Shown here piece after piece: positions 18,315-27,245 of a DNA stretch of 32,000 nucleotides. Source of the stretch: a cyanobacterium endosymbiont of Braarudosphaera bigelowii (GTDB lineage Bacteria; Cyanobacteriota; Cyanobacteriia; Cyanobacteriales; Microcystaceae); assembly GCF_020885515.1 (NCBI RefSeq), contig NZ_AP024987.1, positions 1,080,001 to 1,112,000 on the forward strand. Reading direction: 5' to 3'. The notes under the pieces are model-generated. The model saw only the letters and a program-made list of their open reading frames with translations, did not search any database and was not told the origin of the DNA. A program made the translations under genes and the position numbers. Every line of letters begins with the position of its first letter. Position 1 is the stretch's first letter.

Positions 18315-19358
18315 TTAAACAACTTTTGAAGTTTGGTATAAAATCTTATCTAACATTACAGAATTTTTTAAGATTTCTTCTGTTCCCTTAACTACACAAT
18401 GTAAAGGATCTTCAGCAATATGAGTTACGATTCCGGTTTCATGACTTATGAGAATATCAATACCTTTAAGCAAAGCTCCTCCTCCTGCTAATATAATTCC
18501 TCGATCCATAATATCTGAGGCTAACTCTGGAGGAGTATGTTCCAATGTAGATTTAATAGCTTCGACAATCGCGGCTAAAGGCTCAGACATACATTCTCTA
18601 ATTTCTCCTCCCCTTAACGTAATACTACGAGGCAATCCAGATAATAAATGTAATCCTCGAACTTCCATCGTAAGATCTTCTTCTTGTTCTATTGGATAAG
18701 CGGAAGCTAGTCGAATTTTTATTTCTTCAGCTGTCCGTTCTCCAATAATCATATTGTGAACCTTCTTTACATATTGAATGATAGACTCAGTTAGCTCATC
18801 TCCAGCAACTCTTATCGATTGACTAAACACCTGTCCTTGCAAACTTAGAATTGCTACTTCAGTTGTACCTCCACCAATATCTACGATCATATTGCCAGTA
18901 GCTTCTGTAATTGGTAAGCCTGCTCCTAAAGCGGCTGCTACTGGTTCTTCTACTAATCCTACTTTTCTCGCACCTGCTTCTCTTGCGGCATCAATAACTG
19001 CTCTTCTTTCTACGTCTGTAATACCACTAGGAACACCGATAATCATTCTTGGATTTCCTAATGGAATTCCCTCATTGGCTTGACGAATAAATTCTTGAAT
19101 CATAATCATGGCACTTAAAAAGTCTGTGATTACACCATCTCGCAAAGGGCGTACAACAATAACATTTGCGGGGGTACGACCAAGCATTTTTTTCGCTTCT
19201 TCTCCTACAGCCAATGAAACTTTTCGACTTTGATCAATGGCTATAATAGAAGGCTCATTAAGCACAATACCTTTTCCAGATACATAGATAAGAGTATTAG
19301 CTGTTCCTAAATCAATACCTATATCCCGTGAAAGAGAAAAACGACTAAAAATCCCCAC
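18315..19358 (-). CDS. mreB: Rod shape-determining actin homologue MreB
   Basis: 347 aa. DIGIDLGTANTLIYV, DIGGGTTEVA and GIILAGGGALL are actin-fold ATPase motifs. GTG start. Confidence 0.97.
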   Translation of the reverse strand: MGIFSRFSLSRDIGIDLGTANTLIYVSGKGIVLNEPSIIAIDQSRKVSLAVGEEAKKMLGRTPANVIVVRPLRDGVITDFLSAMIMIQEFIRQANEGIPLGNPRMIIGVPSGITDVERRAVIDAAREAGARKVGLVEEPVAAALGAGLPITEATGNMIVDIGGGTTEVAILSLQGQVFSQSIRVAGDELTESIIQYVKKVHNMIIGERTAEEIKIRLASAYPIEQEEDLTMEVRGLHLLSGLPRSITLRGGEIRECMSEPLAAIVEAIKSTLEHTPPELASDIMDRGIILAGGGALLKGIDILISHETGIVTHIAEDPLHCVVKGTEEILKNSVMLDKILYQTSKVV

Positions 19359-19548
19359 TTTTATTTATGCCTCTGATTGATAGTTAAAGACTAACATGAC
19401 TCTAGATAATGAATAAACTGATTAACCTTATTAAGGAAAGATATAAATTCCAAGCCATGTAATGCTTGACCAGTGAAGAAAAGAGTTGGTTCCCGTATCA
19501 TTGCTTGTTACAATAATTTGGATATAAAGGAAATTTAGAAAAAAATAT

Positions 19549-19920
19549 ATGAGTTTAAATATTGTTAATTTGGTCGGTCGTGTTGGAAGAGATCCAGAAG
19601 TTAAATACTTCGAATCCGGGACAGTCTTGTGTACATTAACACTGGCAGTTAGTCGTCGTTCTAGTAAAAGAGATGAAGCAGATTGGTTTAATTTAAAAAT
19701 TTGGGGTAAAACAGCAGAGATTGCTGCTAATTATGTTAGAAAAGGTAGTTTAATTGGAGTTCACGGATCATTAGAAATTGAGACCTGGAAAGATCGTAAT
19801 ACAGGTATTGATCGTTCTAGTCCAGTTATCAAGGTTGATCGTCTAGATCTATTAGGTTCTAAGCGTGATAATGACTCAAATTCAGATGGAGGTTATCAAA
19901 GAGAAAGCTATGAATTTTAA
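19549..19920 (+). CDS. ssb: Single-stranded DNA-binding protein
   Basis: 123 aa. OB-fold N-terminus LNIVNLVGRVGRDPEVKYFESG...ADWFNLKIWGKTAE, followed by a short Gly/Ser/Asp tail. Confidence 0.92.
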   Translation: MSLNIVNLVGRVGRDPEVKYFESGTVLCTLTLAVSRRSSKRDEADWFNLKIWGKTAEIAANYVRKGSLIGVHGSLEIETWKDRNTGIDRSSPVIKVDRLDLLGSKRDNDSNSDGGYQRESYEF

Positions 19921-20343
19921 AAAGATCAAAATTATATTCTTAAGTACGTGAAAACTAATATCACTTAAAGATAGTTTATAGTAAGCTCTCTTCTAAGTAT
20001 AAGAAAGTTATTTTTTATATTTATCAATTTAGGGCTGTAAAGAATGTCTTTTTATAATTCTTAAATTTTTTAATTTATTTGTTTTTACTCTAAGTATTTT
20101 TCATATAGAAACACCACAATATATACTTCTTCACTTTATAAAGAAATATATATTATCTACAACACAAATCTTAACTTAAAGAGACTAGAATGCTTATTAT
20201 GATTAAGATAATACAAGATAATTTTTGTAACTTTAATCTTAATTAGATCTTTGAATCAGATTAATATAACTCGTTACATTACTGACTTATTTTGTCTTGT
20301 GTTCTATGAACTTAGTCTTTTGTGACAAAAGGAAACAACTTCT

Positions 20344-20832
20344 ATGAAACGGTTATTGTTCACATTAATTCTTATCACAACTCTGTGGTTTAATTTTACC
20401 CCTACTGCTTCAGCTTCTTATAATAATTTAACCCCTTGCAGCGATTCTGCTGCTTATCAGCAGAAGTCTAAGCATTTTCTAAATACTACTGATGATCAGC
20501 AGTCTGGACAGAAACGTGCTGAACGCTATGCTGAAGCCTTGTGTGGTCCAGAAGGTTATCCTCATCTAATAGTAGATGGTAATTTGACACACATTGGAGA
20601 CTTTGCTATTCCTGGTATCATGTTCCTTTATATAGCAGGTTGGATTGGCTGGGTTGGTCGTGCTTACTTAATTGCTATTAATGGTGATACAAGTAAAGAA
20701 ATTATTATTGATATTCCTCTAGCTATTGGACAAATGTTAATGGGTTTTGCTTGGCCAGTTTTAGCTTTTTATGAGTTTATTTCTGGAGAGTTAGTAGTGA
20801 AGGATAGTGAAATTACTATATCCCCACGATAA
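20344..20832 (+). CDS. psaF: Photosystem I reaction centre subunit III (PsaF)
   Basis: 162 aa with a signal peptide. [28 protein letters not shown] and [16 protein letters not shown] are PsaF hallmarks. Confidence 0.93.
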   Translation: MKRLLFTLILITTLWFNFTPTASASYNNLTPCSDSAAYQQKSKHFLNTTDDQQSGQKRAERYAEALCGPEGYPHLIVDGNLTHIGDFAIPGIMFLYIAGWIGWVGRAYLIAINGDTSKEIIIDIPLAIGQMLMGFAWPVLAFYEFISGELVVKDSEITISPR

Positions 20833-20884
20833 TTAAGTTTATCCTAGTATATTTATTGTTCATTAAATTATTGGAGAATTACTC

Positions 20885-21013
20885 ATGGAAAATTTGACAA
20901 AATTTCTGTCAACTGCACCTATTTTAATTATGGTGTTACTAACCTTTACTGCAGGTCTCTTAATTGAGTTCAATCGCTTTTTCCCTGATCTTCTTTTTCA
21001 TCCTTTAGGATAA
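20885..21013 (+). CDS. psaJ: Photosystem I reaction centre subunit IX (PsaJ)
   Basis: Not in the ORF track (42 aa). Hand translation gives [42 protein letters not shown], which matches conserved PsaJ. The GGAG-containing stretch TTGGAGAATTACTC lies upstream. The psaF-psaJ order is canonical. Confidence 0.85.
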   Translation: MENLTKFLSTAPILIMVLLTFTAGLLIEFNRFFPDLLFHPLG

Positions 21014-21042
21014 AAAATTGATTAGTTACAGTATTTAAGTGC

Positions 21043-21117
21043 AAGCCCAAAGCAAAGACGAGTCAATTATATTTTCATAAAACTGAAATATAATTGACTC
21101 GTCTTTGCTTTGGGCTT
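21043..21117. terminator. 32-bp perfect inverted repeat (long hairpin) between the convergent psaFJ and COG0523 genes
   Basis: AAGCCCAAAGCAAAGACGAGTCAATTATATTT (21043-21074) is the exact reverse complement of 21086-21117. The loop is 11 nt (TCATAAAACTG). It starts 29 nt after the psaJ stop. Confidence 0.6.
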
Positions 21118-21292
21118 TAAATTTCAAAAAGCCAATCAACATTAATCTTGATAACATCTTAGCTGTTAATAACTTTTAAGTTAAGGTGAAAGATTACACT
21201 TATTCAATAAATACAAAACATTATCATAATCTATATTCCTTTAGCTTAAATTTCTTGCTATCAAAAAAACTTTCTTAGTTATAGGCTTTAAA

Positions 21293-22249
21293 CTAAGATT
21301 GGTTAGACAAACAATTAATAATTTGTTTATGTAATTTATCCTTATCAAGGTTTTGTCCAATTAAAACTAATTTATTGTTAAAGTATTTATTGAATTCTTC
21401 GTCTTCTATATTAAAACGTTTTCCAGTTAAATGAAAAATGTGACGTTTTTCACTTTCATCAAACCATAAAATACCTTTTCCTCTAAATACATTCTCAGGT
21501 AATTGGTTATTAAGAAAATATTGGAATTTTTCGATAGAAAATGGTTTGTTACTTTCAAAAGCAATTGAGGTGAATTCATCATTGGTTAAATGATGATGTG
21601 TATGGCTGTTATTGTTATGTTTAGAATATTTATCAGTATTAAATAACTCAGAGCTAAGTATTAGAGGTAAAGAAACTTGAGAATCTGTAGTTTTTAAAAT
21701 CCTAGCAAATTCTTTCATTTTATGAAGACGTTTTTCTAGTTCATCCACCTCTTTTTTACTAACTAAATCAGTTTTATTAAGTAAAATAATATCTCCATAA
21801 GTTATCTGACTATATGCAGCTTGAGAATTAAATAAATCAAGACAAAAATTGGAACAGTCTATCATTGTAATAATAGAATCAACTCGTGTTATATCCTTTA
21901 AGTCAGCACCTAAAAAAGATAATGCGATTGGTAAAGGATCTGCTAAACCAGTAGTTTCTATTATCAAATAGTTAATTTTTTTAGAATATTCTAAAATTTT
22001 ATGAATGGCTTGAATTAAATCATTATTAATAGAACAACAAATACAACCATTGTTAAGTTCAATAACATTGTCGTCAGTAGCGATAATTAATTCATTATCT
22101 ATCCCAATCTCCCCAAATTCATTAACTAAAACTCCAACATTTATGCCTTCTTGATTGAGAAGAATATGATTGAGAAGTGTTGTTTTACCACTACCTAGGA
22201 AACCAGTAATAATTGTTACAGGTAGAACTTTATCTTTTATGTTCATCAC
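21293..22249 (-). CDS. COG0523 / CobW-family metal-chaperone GTPase
   Basis: 318 aa. P-loop GFLGSGKTTLLNHIL, CxCC motif GCICCS, His-rich linker HNNNSHTHHH and a CobW C-terminal-like domain are present. The start is GTG 22249 or ATG 22246. Confidence 0.88.
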   Translation of the reverse strand: MMNIKDKVLPVTIITGFLGSGKTTLLNHILLNQEGINVGVLVNEFGEIGIDNELIIATDDNVIELNNGCICCSINNDLIQAIHKILEYSKKINYLIIETTGLADPLPIALSFLGADLKDITRVDSIITMIDCSNFCLDLFNSQAAYSQITYGDIILLNKTDLVSKKEVDELEKRLHKMKEFARILKTTDSQVSLPLILSSELFNTDKYSKHNNNSHTHHHLTNDEFTSIAFESNKPFSIEKFQYFLNNQLPENVFRGKGILWFDESEKRHIFHLTGKRFNIEDEEFNKYFNNKLVLIGQNLDKDKLHKQIINCLSNQS

Positions 22250-22382
22250 TTTTAATATTATTTAATTTTTGTTTCTTGATATTTGAAAAACTGAAATATA
22301 AAAGTTGGTACTAGATATTGATAAGAAAGAAGAGAAATTGCATGTTGATTTCGAAGATAAAGAACTTTAAATATCATTAATG

Positions 22383-22411
22383 TGCTTAGATTATCTGAAA
22401 TAATCTAAGCA
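22383..22411. terminator. 12-bp perfect hairpin downstream of the 103-aa gene, with a T-run on the + strand side
   Basis: TGCTTAGATTAT (22383-22394), loop CTGAA, ATAATCTAAGCA (22400-22411), then TGTTTTT on the + strand. Confidence 0.5.
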
Positions 22412-22473
22412 TGTTTTTAAAACTTGCTCTATATGCGAAATAAATTACAAAGTACATTTTAAAATTACTTTTA

Positions 22474-22785
22474 TTAATCTTGATTAGAGTCTGGAGAACG
22501 CGGATGAATCTGTTCAGCATCAGGGCATTCATCAGATACAGCAATCTCAGAGTCATACCTTGAAACAGAAGCAATTTTTTGACTAATTGCTCCAATACTC
22601 TCCAATCTTACCATTTCTTCCCAAGAACTAATTTCATCATCTTCTTCAGTTTCGTACCGAATAATGACTAGATCTCCTTCTAAAGATAGAATAGTCGCAC
22701 CATCAATCCAACGTTGCTGATCCCGCAAGAACAGGCAAACTTCTCGACCTTCTGTACAAAGTTGATAAATCTTGCGGTGTAGCAT
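22474..22785 (-). CDS. Hypothetical acidic protein, function unknown
   Basis: 103 aa. ATG preceded by GAGGAG with 6-nt spacing. Its composition is plausible for a folded N-terminal domain (ILSLEGDLVIIRYETEEDDEISSWEEMVRLESI) plus a disordered tail. I could not assign a family. Confidence 0.6.
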   Translation of the reverse strand: MLHRKIYQLCTEGREVCLFLRDQQRWIDGATILSLEGDLVIIRYETEEDDEISSWEEMVRLESIGAISQKIASVSRYDSEIAVSDECPDAEQIHPRSPDSNQD

Positions 22786-22983
22786 AGATGTCTCCTCAAC
22801 AGGTAACAGCCTTAATAAATTTACACTAACATTAAAAATAGTCTATGTGCTATGTCATATAAGCTATTTTTAAAATAATTAATAATTACAGCAATGGTTT
22901 TGAAAAGACTTTAAATAAGTCAATTTTGAAATGTGCTTATATTAATAAATATTATTAGTTCTAACACAAACTAGAGTTAACAA

Positions 22984-23025
22984 TACTTGTGCTTAGTAAT
23001 TAATAATAATTACTAAGCACAAGTA
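22984..23025. terminator. 19-bp perfect hairpin immediately 3' of the 76-aa minus-strand ORF
   Basis: TACTTGTGCTTAGTAATTA (22984-23002), loop ATAA, TAATTACTAAGCACAAGTA (23007-23025). The ORF's stop codon occupies 23027-23029. Confidence 0.6.
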
Positions 23026-23026
23026 G

Positions 23027-23257
23027 TTATTCTTCATCCCATGCATCAACAAGTAAAACTTCACTTACAGGATCTTGCATTGCAAAACCAAAATCTAATA
23101 ATTCTTTTTTCCAATAAGACCATTCATTCTCATAAAGAAGAGCTAATTTCCATATACTATCACTGGGCTTGAGAACTTTTGACTCTACCAGTGAAGAAAC
23201 TTTACGTTGAAACTTCATCATAGGATGAGTAACTTGTTTCGTCATAGACTCAATCAA
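23027..23257 (-). CDS. Small hypothetical protein with an acidic WDEE C-terminus (start uncertain, possibly truncated)
   Basis: 72-76 aa (ATG at 23245 or TTG at 23257), with no clear RBS. The frame stays open upstream to 23338 without a start codon. It resembles small cyanobacteria-specific proteins by memory only. Confidence 0.4.
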   Translation of the reverse strand: MIESMTKQVTHPMMKFQRKVSSLVESKVLKPSDSIWKLALLYENEWSYWKKELLDFGFAMQDPVSEVLLVDAWDEE

Positions 23258-23706
23258 TTTACGTTTACTAAATTGTACGAATTTTTTAAGATCAACTTCC
23301 TCTTTAATATTCCTATATATGATTAAAGCAATATACGTTTATCTAATACTTATATTTAGAGAAGTATTTCTACTACACTCTTTTTAACTGATATATTCAG
23401 TTTATGCAAGTCTTTTTAATTTATAGTACGGTAATTACTACTCTGGTACATAGATTTGAGACTATAACTAATTATTGGCTTAACTTAAAAATTTATAGAG
23501 ATTTCCAATAAAATATTTCAAAATATATGTTTATTATTTTTATTATTAGTGTGAATGATACAGGTTATTTGTTGAATTAAAACAAATAGTAGATTTTAGA
23601 GTTATTTTAAATGAATATCTAAATTTATTGCCTTTAAAACAATATTTCTCAAAGTAGTTAAAAAAAAGCTATTAATTAACCTAATTACTTTTATTCTACA
23701 AGTACT

Positions 23707-24453
23707 ATGGCATTAACGAAATCGATAGAATGGTTAGCATTAGTAATTGGTAATTCTCATCTTCACTGGGGATATTTTAAGAATGGATTTTTACACAGTT
23801 GTTGGGACACTCATTATTATAATGAGCCCATTAATAAATTAATGTTACCTTCTGAAGTTTTACTTGCTAATATTCCTAATACTTTACCACTTGTAGTGGC
23901 TTCTGTTGTACCAAAACAAACTACTATATGGAGAGAATACCACGGTGTTAATATCATAGAGTTAAATAATATTCCAATCAAGAACCTCTATTTAAATATT
24001 GGTATAGATAGAGCCTTAGCTGCTTTAGGAGCTGGAGTCACATATAGTTACCCATGTTTGGTAATTGATGCAGGTACTGCTTTAACTTTTACAGGAGTAG
24101 ACGAAAATTATACTTTCATAGGAGGGGCAATTTTACCGGGATTAAAATTACAGTTTGACTCATTATCAAGCAAAATTGAAACTTTGCCTAATGTTAATTT
24201 ACCTAAGAAATTACCATGTCAATGGTCAAAAAGCACTATGGGAGCGATCAAGAGTGGAATAATACATACAATTATTAGTGGTATGAAGATATTTATAGAT
24301 AATTGGTTAACAATTTATCCACAAAGTCATATTATTCTGACAGGAGGAGATTCAATTGCTTTATATAATTATTTTATTGAAAAAGATTCCAATAATTTCA
24401 GTAGACTAAAAGTAGATAGAAATCTTATATTTTGGGGGATTAAATCAATATAA
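23707..24453 (+). CDS. coaX: Type III pantothenate kinase
   Basis: 248 aa. LVIGNSHLHW, VIDAGTALTF and GGAILPGL are CoaX (Bvg accessory factor family) motifs. Confidence 0.88.
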   Translation: MALTKSIEWLALVIGNSHLHWGYFKNGFLHSCWDTHYYNEPINKLMLPSEVLLANIPNTLPLVVASVVPKQTTIWREYHGVNIIELNNIPIKNLYLNIGIDRALAALGAGVTYSYPCLVIDAGTALTFTGVDENYTFIGGAILPGLKLQFDSLSSKIETLPNVNLPKKLPCQWSKSTMGAIKSGIIHTIISGMKIFIDNWLTIYPQSHIILTGGDSIALYNYFIEKDSNNFSRLKVDRNLIFWGIKSI

Positions 24454-24478
24454 TTTAAATTATTAAATAAAATTTTTA

Positions 24479-25603
24479 TTACTCAGAAGTATTTGGATCT
24501 AAGGCATCTCTTAAGCCATCTCCAAGTAAGTTAAAAGATAAAACTGTTAAAATAATTGCAAGAGCTGGAGGCCAAATTAACCAAGGTTGTAATACTAAGA
24601 TTGATGCATTAGTAGATACTGAGAGTAAATTTCCCCAACTAGCATCAGGTTGTTGGATCCCTAAACCAATTAAGCTTAAAACTGATTCTGATACAATAAA
24701 TTCAGGAACTGTTAGTGTAGCAGAAATAACAATATAAGTTGCTGTCTGCGGTAATATATGGTGAAGAATGATTCTTTTATTAGTTGCTCCCATGGCCTTA
24801 GCAGCTTGAACAAATTCCTGATCTTTAAAAGAAAGCACTTGCCCCCTGACGACTCTGGCAAGTCCTGACCATCCAATAAAAGAGGTAATTAGAATTATTA
24901 AAATAAATCGTTGTGTATTGCTTAAACTTGGAGGAATTATCGTAGCTAAAGCAACTAACAGATAGATCCCTGGAATCGTCATTAAAACTTCTACCAAGCG
25001 CATTAAAACTACATCAATCCATCCGCCAAAATACCCAGAAATACCTCCAAGAACTATACCTATCGGAAAAGATATCATAATTCCTAGTAAACCAATAAAT
25101 AAACTAACCCTTCCCCCAAATAATAATCGGCTAAACTGATCTCTTCCTTGTTCATCAGTTCCTAATAAGTTTAATTTTCCTGTACCCAGAGTTCCCATAA
25201 GATGGATATCTATTGGAATTCCAGAGAATAGTTCAACTTCTTCAAAAGAGGGAGGTAAGGGAATACGTATATTTAATAATTTATACCTACTTCCTTTTAC
25301 AAATAAACGTATAGGAGATGGATCATGAAAATTGATATTTAAGTTACGCTTTCCTGTCTCAATATTTGTAGGACTTTGACTAGCTGGATAAACATGAGGA
25401 CCAATATATCTACCTTTAAGTGGTCCATCCTGAATTGTCAAATAAATTGGTGTAGGAGGTAACAAAGAACCATCTAATTGAGATGAATAAGGATTATACG
25501 GAGCAACAAAATCTGCAGCAATAACAATTACATACAAGACAGTTAGTATAGCTATCCCAAGAAGTGCTAGATGATTATTTTTAAGTCTTTGCCATAGGTT
25601 CAT
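24479..25603 (-). CDS. ABC transporter permease, oligopeptide/dipeptide (OppC/DppC) type
   Basis: 374 aa. It has an N-terminal TM segment plus a long loop, then GTDEQGRDQFSRLLFGGRVSLFIG and the AKAMGATNKRIILHHILP EAA-loop region. No partner ATPase or binding protein lies in the window. Confidence 0.85.
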   Translation of the reverse strand: MNLWQRLKNNHLALLGIAILTVLYVIVIAADFVAPYNPYSSQLDGSLLPPTPIYLTIQDGPLKGRYIGPHVYPASQSPTNIETGKRNLNINFHDPSPIRLFVKGSRYKLLNIRIPLPPSFEEVELFSGIPIDIHLMGTLGTGKLNLLGTDEQGRDQFSRLLFGGRVSLFIGLLGIMISFPIGIVLGGISGYFGGWIDVVLMRLVEVLMTIPGIYLLVALATIIPPSLSNTQRFILIILITSFIGWSGLARVVRGQVLSFKDQEFVQAAKAMGATNKRIILHHILPQTATYIVISATLTVPEFIVSESVLSLIGLGIQQPDASWGNLLSVSTNASILVLQPWLIWPPALAIILTVLSFNLLGDGLRDALDPNTSE

Positions 25604-25850
25604 GATTTTAGCTTTATATTTTATTTATTAAAAGCCAGGTGATGTTTAAAAGATATGAACTGTATAGATAGTGGGCTAATCACTACATAAGTAATATTAT
25701 TTAATAATATACAATTAGAAGAATTTATTAAAACATTTTTTATAGTTCAGTTAACTCTTGCTTGTTAATTTAGTAGCTTGATAAGAAGTGTAATATTACT
25801 TATAAAACGACTTTAGCTTATAACAATTATTAATTAAAATTTAACAGTAG

Positions 25851-25898
25851 ATAGAAAGAGAGAGAATAAATAAGGAATTTTATTCTCTCTCTTTCTAT
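25851..25898. terminator. 20-bp perfect purine/pyrimidine hairpin abutting the stop codon of the IMPDH-family gene
   Basis: ATAGAAAGAGAGAGAATAAA (25851-25870), loop TAAGGAAT, TTTATTCTCTCTCTTTCTAT (25879-25898). The last nt overlaps the minus-strand stop codon (25898-25900). Confidence 0.6.
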
Positions 25899-27076
25899 TA
25901 TTTACCCATTCCTAATTGTTGAGCTTTTTGATAGACCTTTCCTTCTGTCAATAAAGAAGGTGCAATCACTACTTCTACTTTTTGCATTTCTTTTATATTT
26001 TGAGCTCCTAATGTACTCATACTAGTCTTTAATGCTCCTAATAAATTATGAGTTCCATCATCTAATTTAGCAGGCCCAATTAAAATTTCCTCTATAGTTC
26101 CTGTCGTAGCCACATTTATTCTTGTACCTCTAGGCAAGACAGGAGAGGGTGTTGCCATTCCCCAATGATATCCTTTACCAGGCGCTTCTATCGCACGGGC
26201 TATAGGAGAACCTATCATTACTGAATCAGCACCACAAGCTATGCACTTACAGATATCTCCTCCTGTAATAATTCCTCCGTCTGCAATGATAGGTGTATAT
26301 ATTCCTGTTTTCTTATAGTATTCATCACGTGCTGCAGCGCAATTAGCAATAGCTGTAGGTTGCGGAACACCTATTCCTAAAACACCTCTAGATGTGCAAG
26401 CAGCTCCTGGACCAATACCAACCAATACTCCTGCAGCCCCTGCTTCCATAAGCTCTAAGGCTACTTCATAAGTAACACAATTACCAAGAATAACTGGTAT
26501 CGGCATGTCCTTACAAAACTGTTGTAAATTGAGAGAAGTAAGAGATTCTGGCGTTAAATGATTAGTTGAAACTACTGTAGCTTGAACAAGTAATAAATCA
26601 GCTCCTGAGTTAGCCACAATTTCTCCATATTTAGAAGCTCCTAGAGGAGTTAAACTAACTGCAGCAATACTTCCGGTAGATTTAATATCTTCAATTCTTT
26701 TTTTTATTAGTTCAGGTTTGATTGGCTCTGCATAAAGCTTTTGCATTAATTCTACAAACTCTGATTTACCTACTGAAGTAATCTTTTCGAGAATTGGGGT
26801 AGGATCATCATAACGAGTTTGGATACCTTCTAGATTCAGAACGCCTACAGCCCCAAGATTTGAAAGTAGATTAGCCATCTTAGTATCTACTACCCCATCC
26901 ATAGCACTTGCAATAATAGGTATATCCCTTTTTATGTTTCCAATAGTCCAACTAGTGTCTATTAGAGCAGGATCCAAGGTGCGTGTGCCAGGTACGAGCG
27001 CAATTTCATTTATACCGTATGCTCGTTTAGCTTTTTTACCATAACCAATAATAATATCCACGTTTTTATATTCCAT
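25898..27076 (-). CDS. IMP dehydrogenase-family protein (GuaB-related, apparently without the CBS subdomain)
   Basis: 392 aa TIM-barrel. IPIIASAMDGVVD and GIGPGAACTSRGVLGIGVPQ (catalytic Cys loop-like) are present, as is IADGGI.TGGDI.K. It is shorter than canonical GuaB. Confidence 0.85.
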   Translation of the reverse strand: MEYKNVDIIIGYGKKAKRAYGINEIALVPGTRTLDPALIDTSWTIGNIKRDIPIIASAMDGVVDTKMANLLSNLGAVGVLNLEGIQTRYDDPTPILEKITSVGKSEFVELMQKLYAEPIKPELIKKRIEDIKSTGSIAAVSLTPLGASKYGEIVANSGADLLLVQATVVSTNHLTPESLTSLNLQQFCKDMPIPVILGNCVTYEVALELMEAGAAGVLVGIGPGAACTSRGVLGIGVPQPTAIANCAAARDEYYKKTGIYTPIIADGGIITGGDICKCIACGADSVMIGSPIARAIEAPGKGYHWGMATPSPVLPRGTRINVATTGTIEEILIGPAKLDDGTHNLLGALKTSMSTLGAQNIKEMQKVEVVIAPSLLTEGKVYQKAQQLGMGK

Positions 27077-27209
27077 TCCCTAAGTATTAAATTAGGCTAG
27101 CAAATTTTTAGAGTTTTCGGGTATAAAATTAAAAACTTCATTTTGATAAAATTAACTCAGTTCAATATATTAGAATCTAATAAGATATTACAATACAATA
27201 ATCATCTAC

Positions 27210-27245
27210 GATTTGTCATATAGTTTTCTAACTATATGACAAATC
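27210..27245. repeat. 16-bp perfect hairpin in the divergent IMPDH-family/valS spacer
   Basis: GATTTGTCATATAGTT (27210-27225), loop TTCT, AACTATATGACAAATC (27230-27245). Verified by hand. Confidence 0.7.

Noticed and set aside
18448-19083. Two + strand ORFs (83 and 63 aa) antisense to mreB; likewise 10895-11083 antisense to modBC and 27913-28140 antisense to valS
   Set aside because: They are antisense to highly conserved genes. Their Ala/Ser/Pro-rich or skewed composition is typical of the reverse frame of a real gene.
22386-22595. 69-aa minus-strand ORF overlapping the 3' end of the 103-aa gene and the downstream hairpin
   Set aside because: It is out of frame with the better-supported gene, spans a hairpin and spacer, and has no RBS.
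23405-23512. 35-codon + strand ORF (MQVFLIYSTVITTLVHRFETITNYWLNLKIYRDFQ) in the spacer upstream of coaX
   Set aside because: No RBS and no recognisable family. Short ORFs like this are expected by chance, even in AT-rich spacers.
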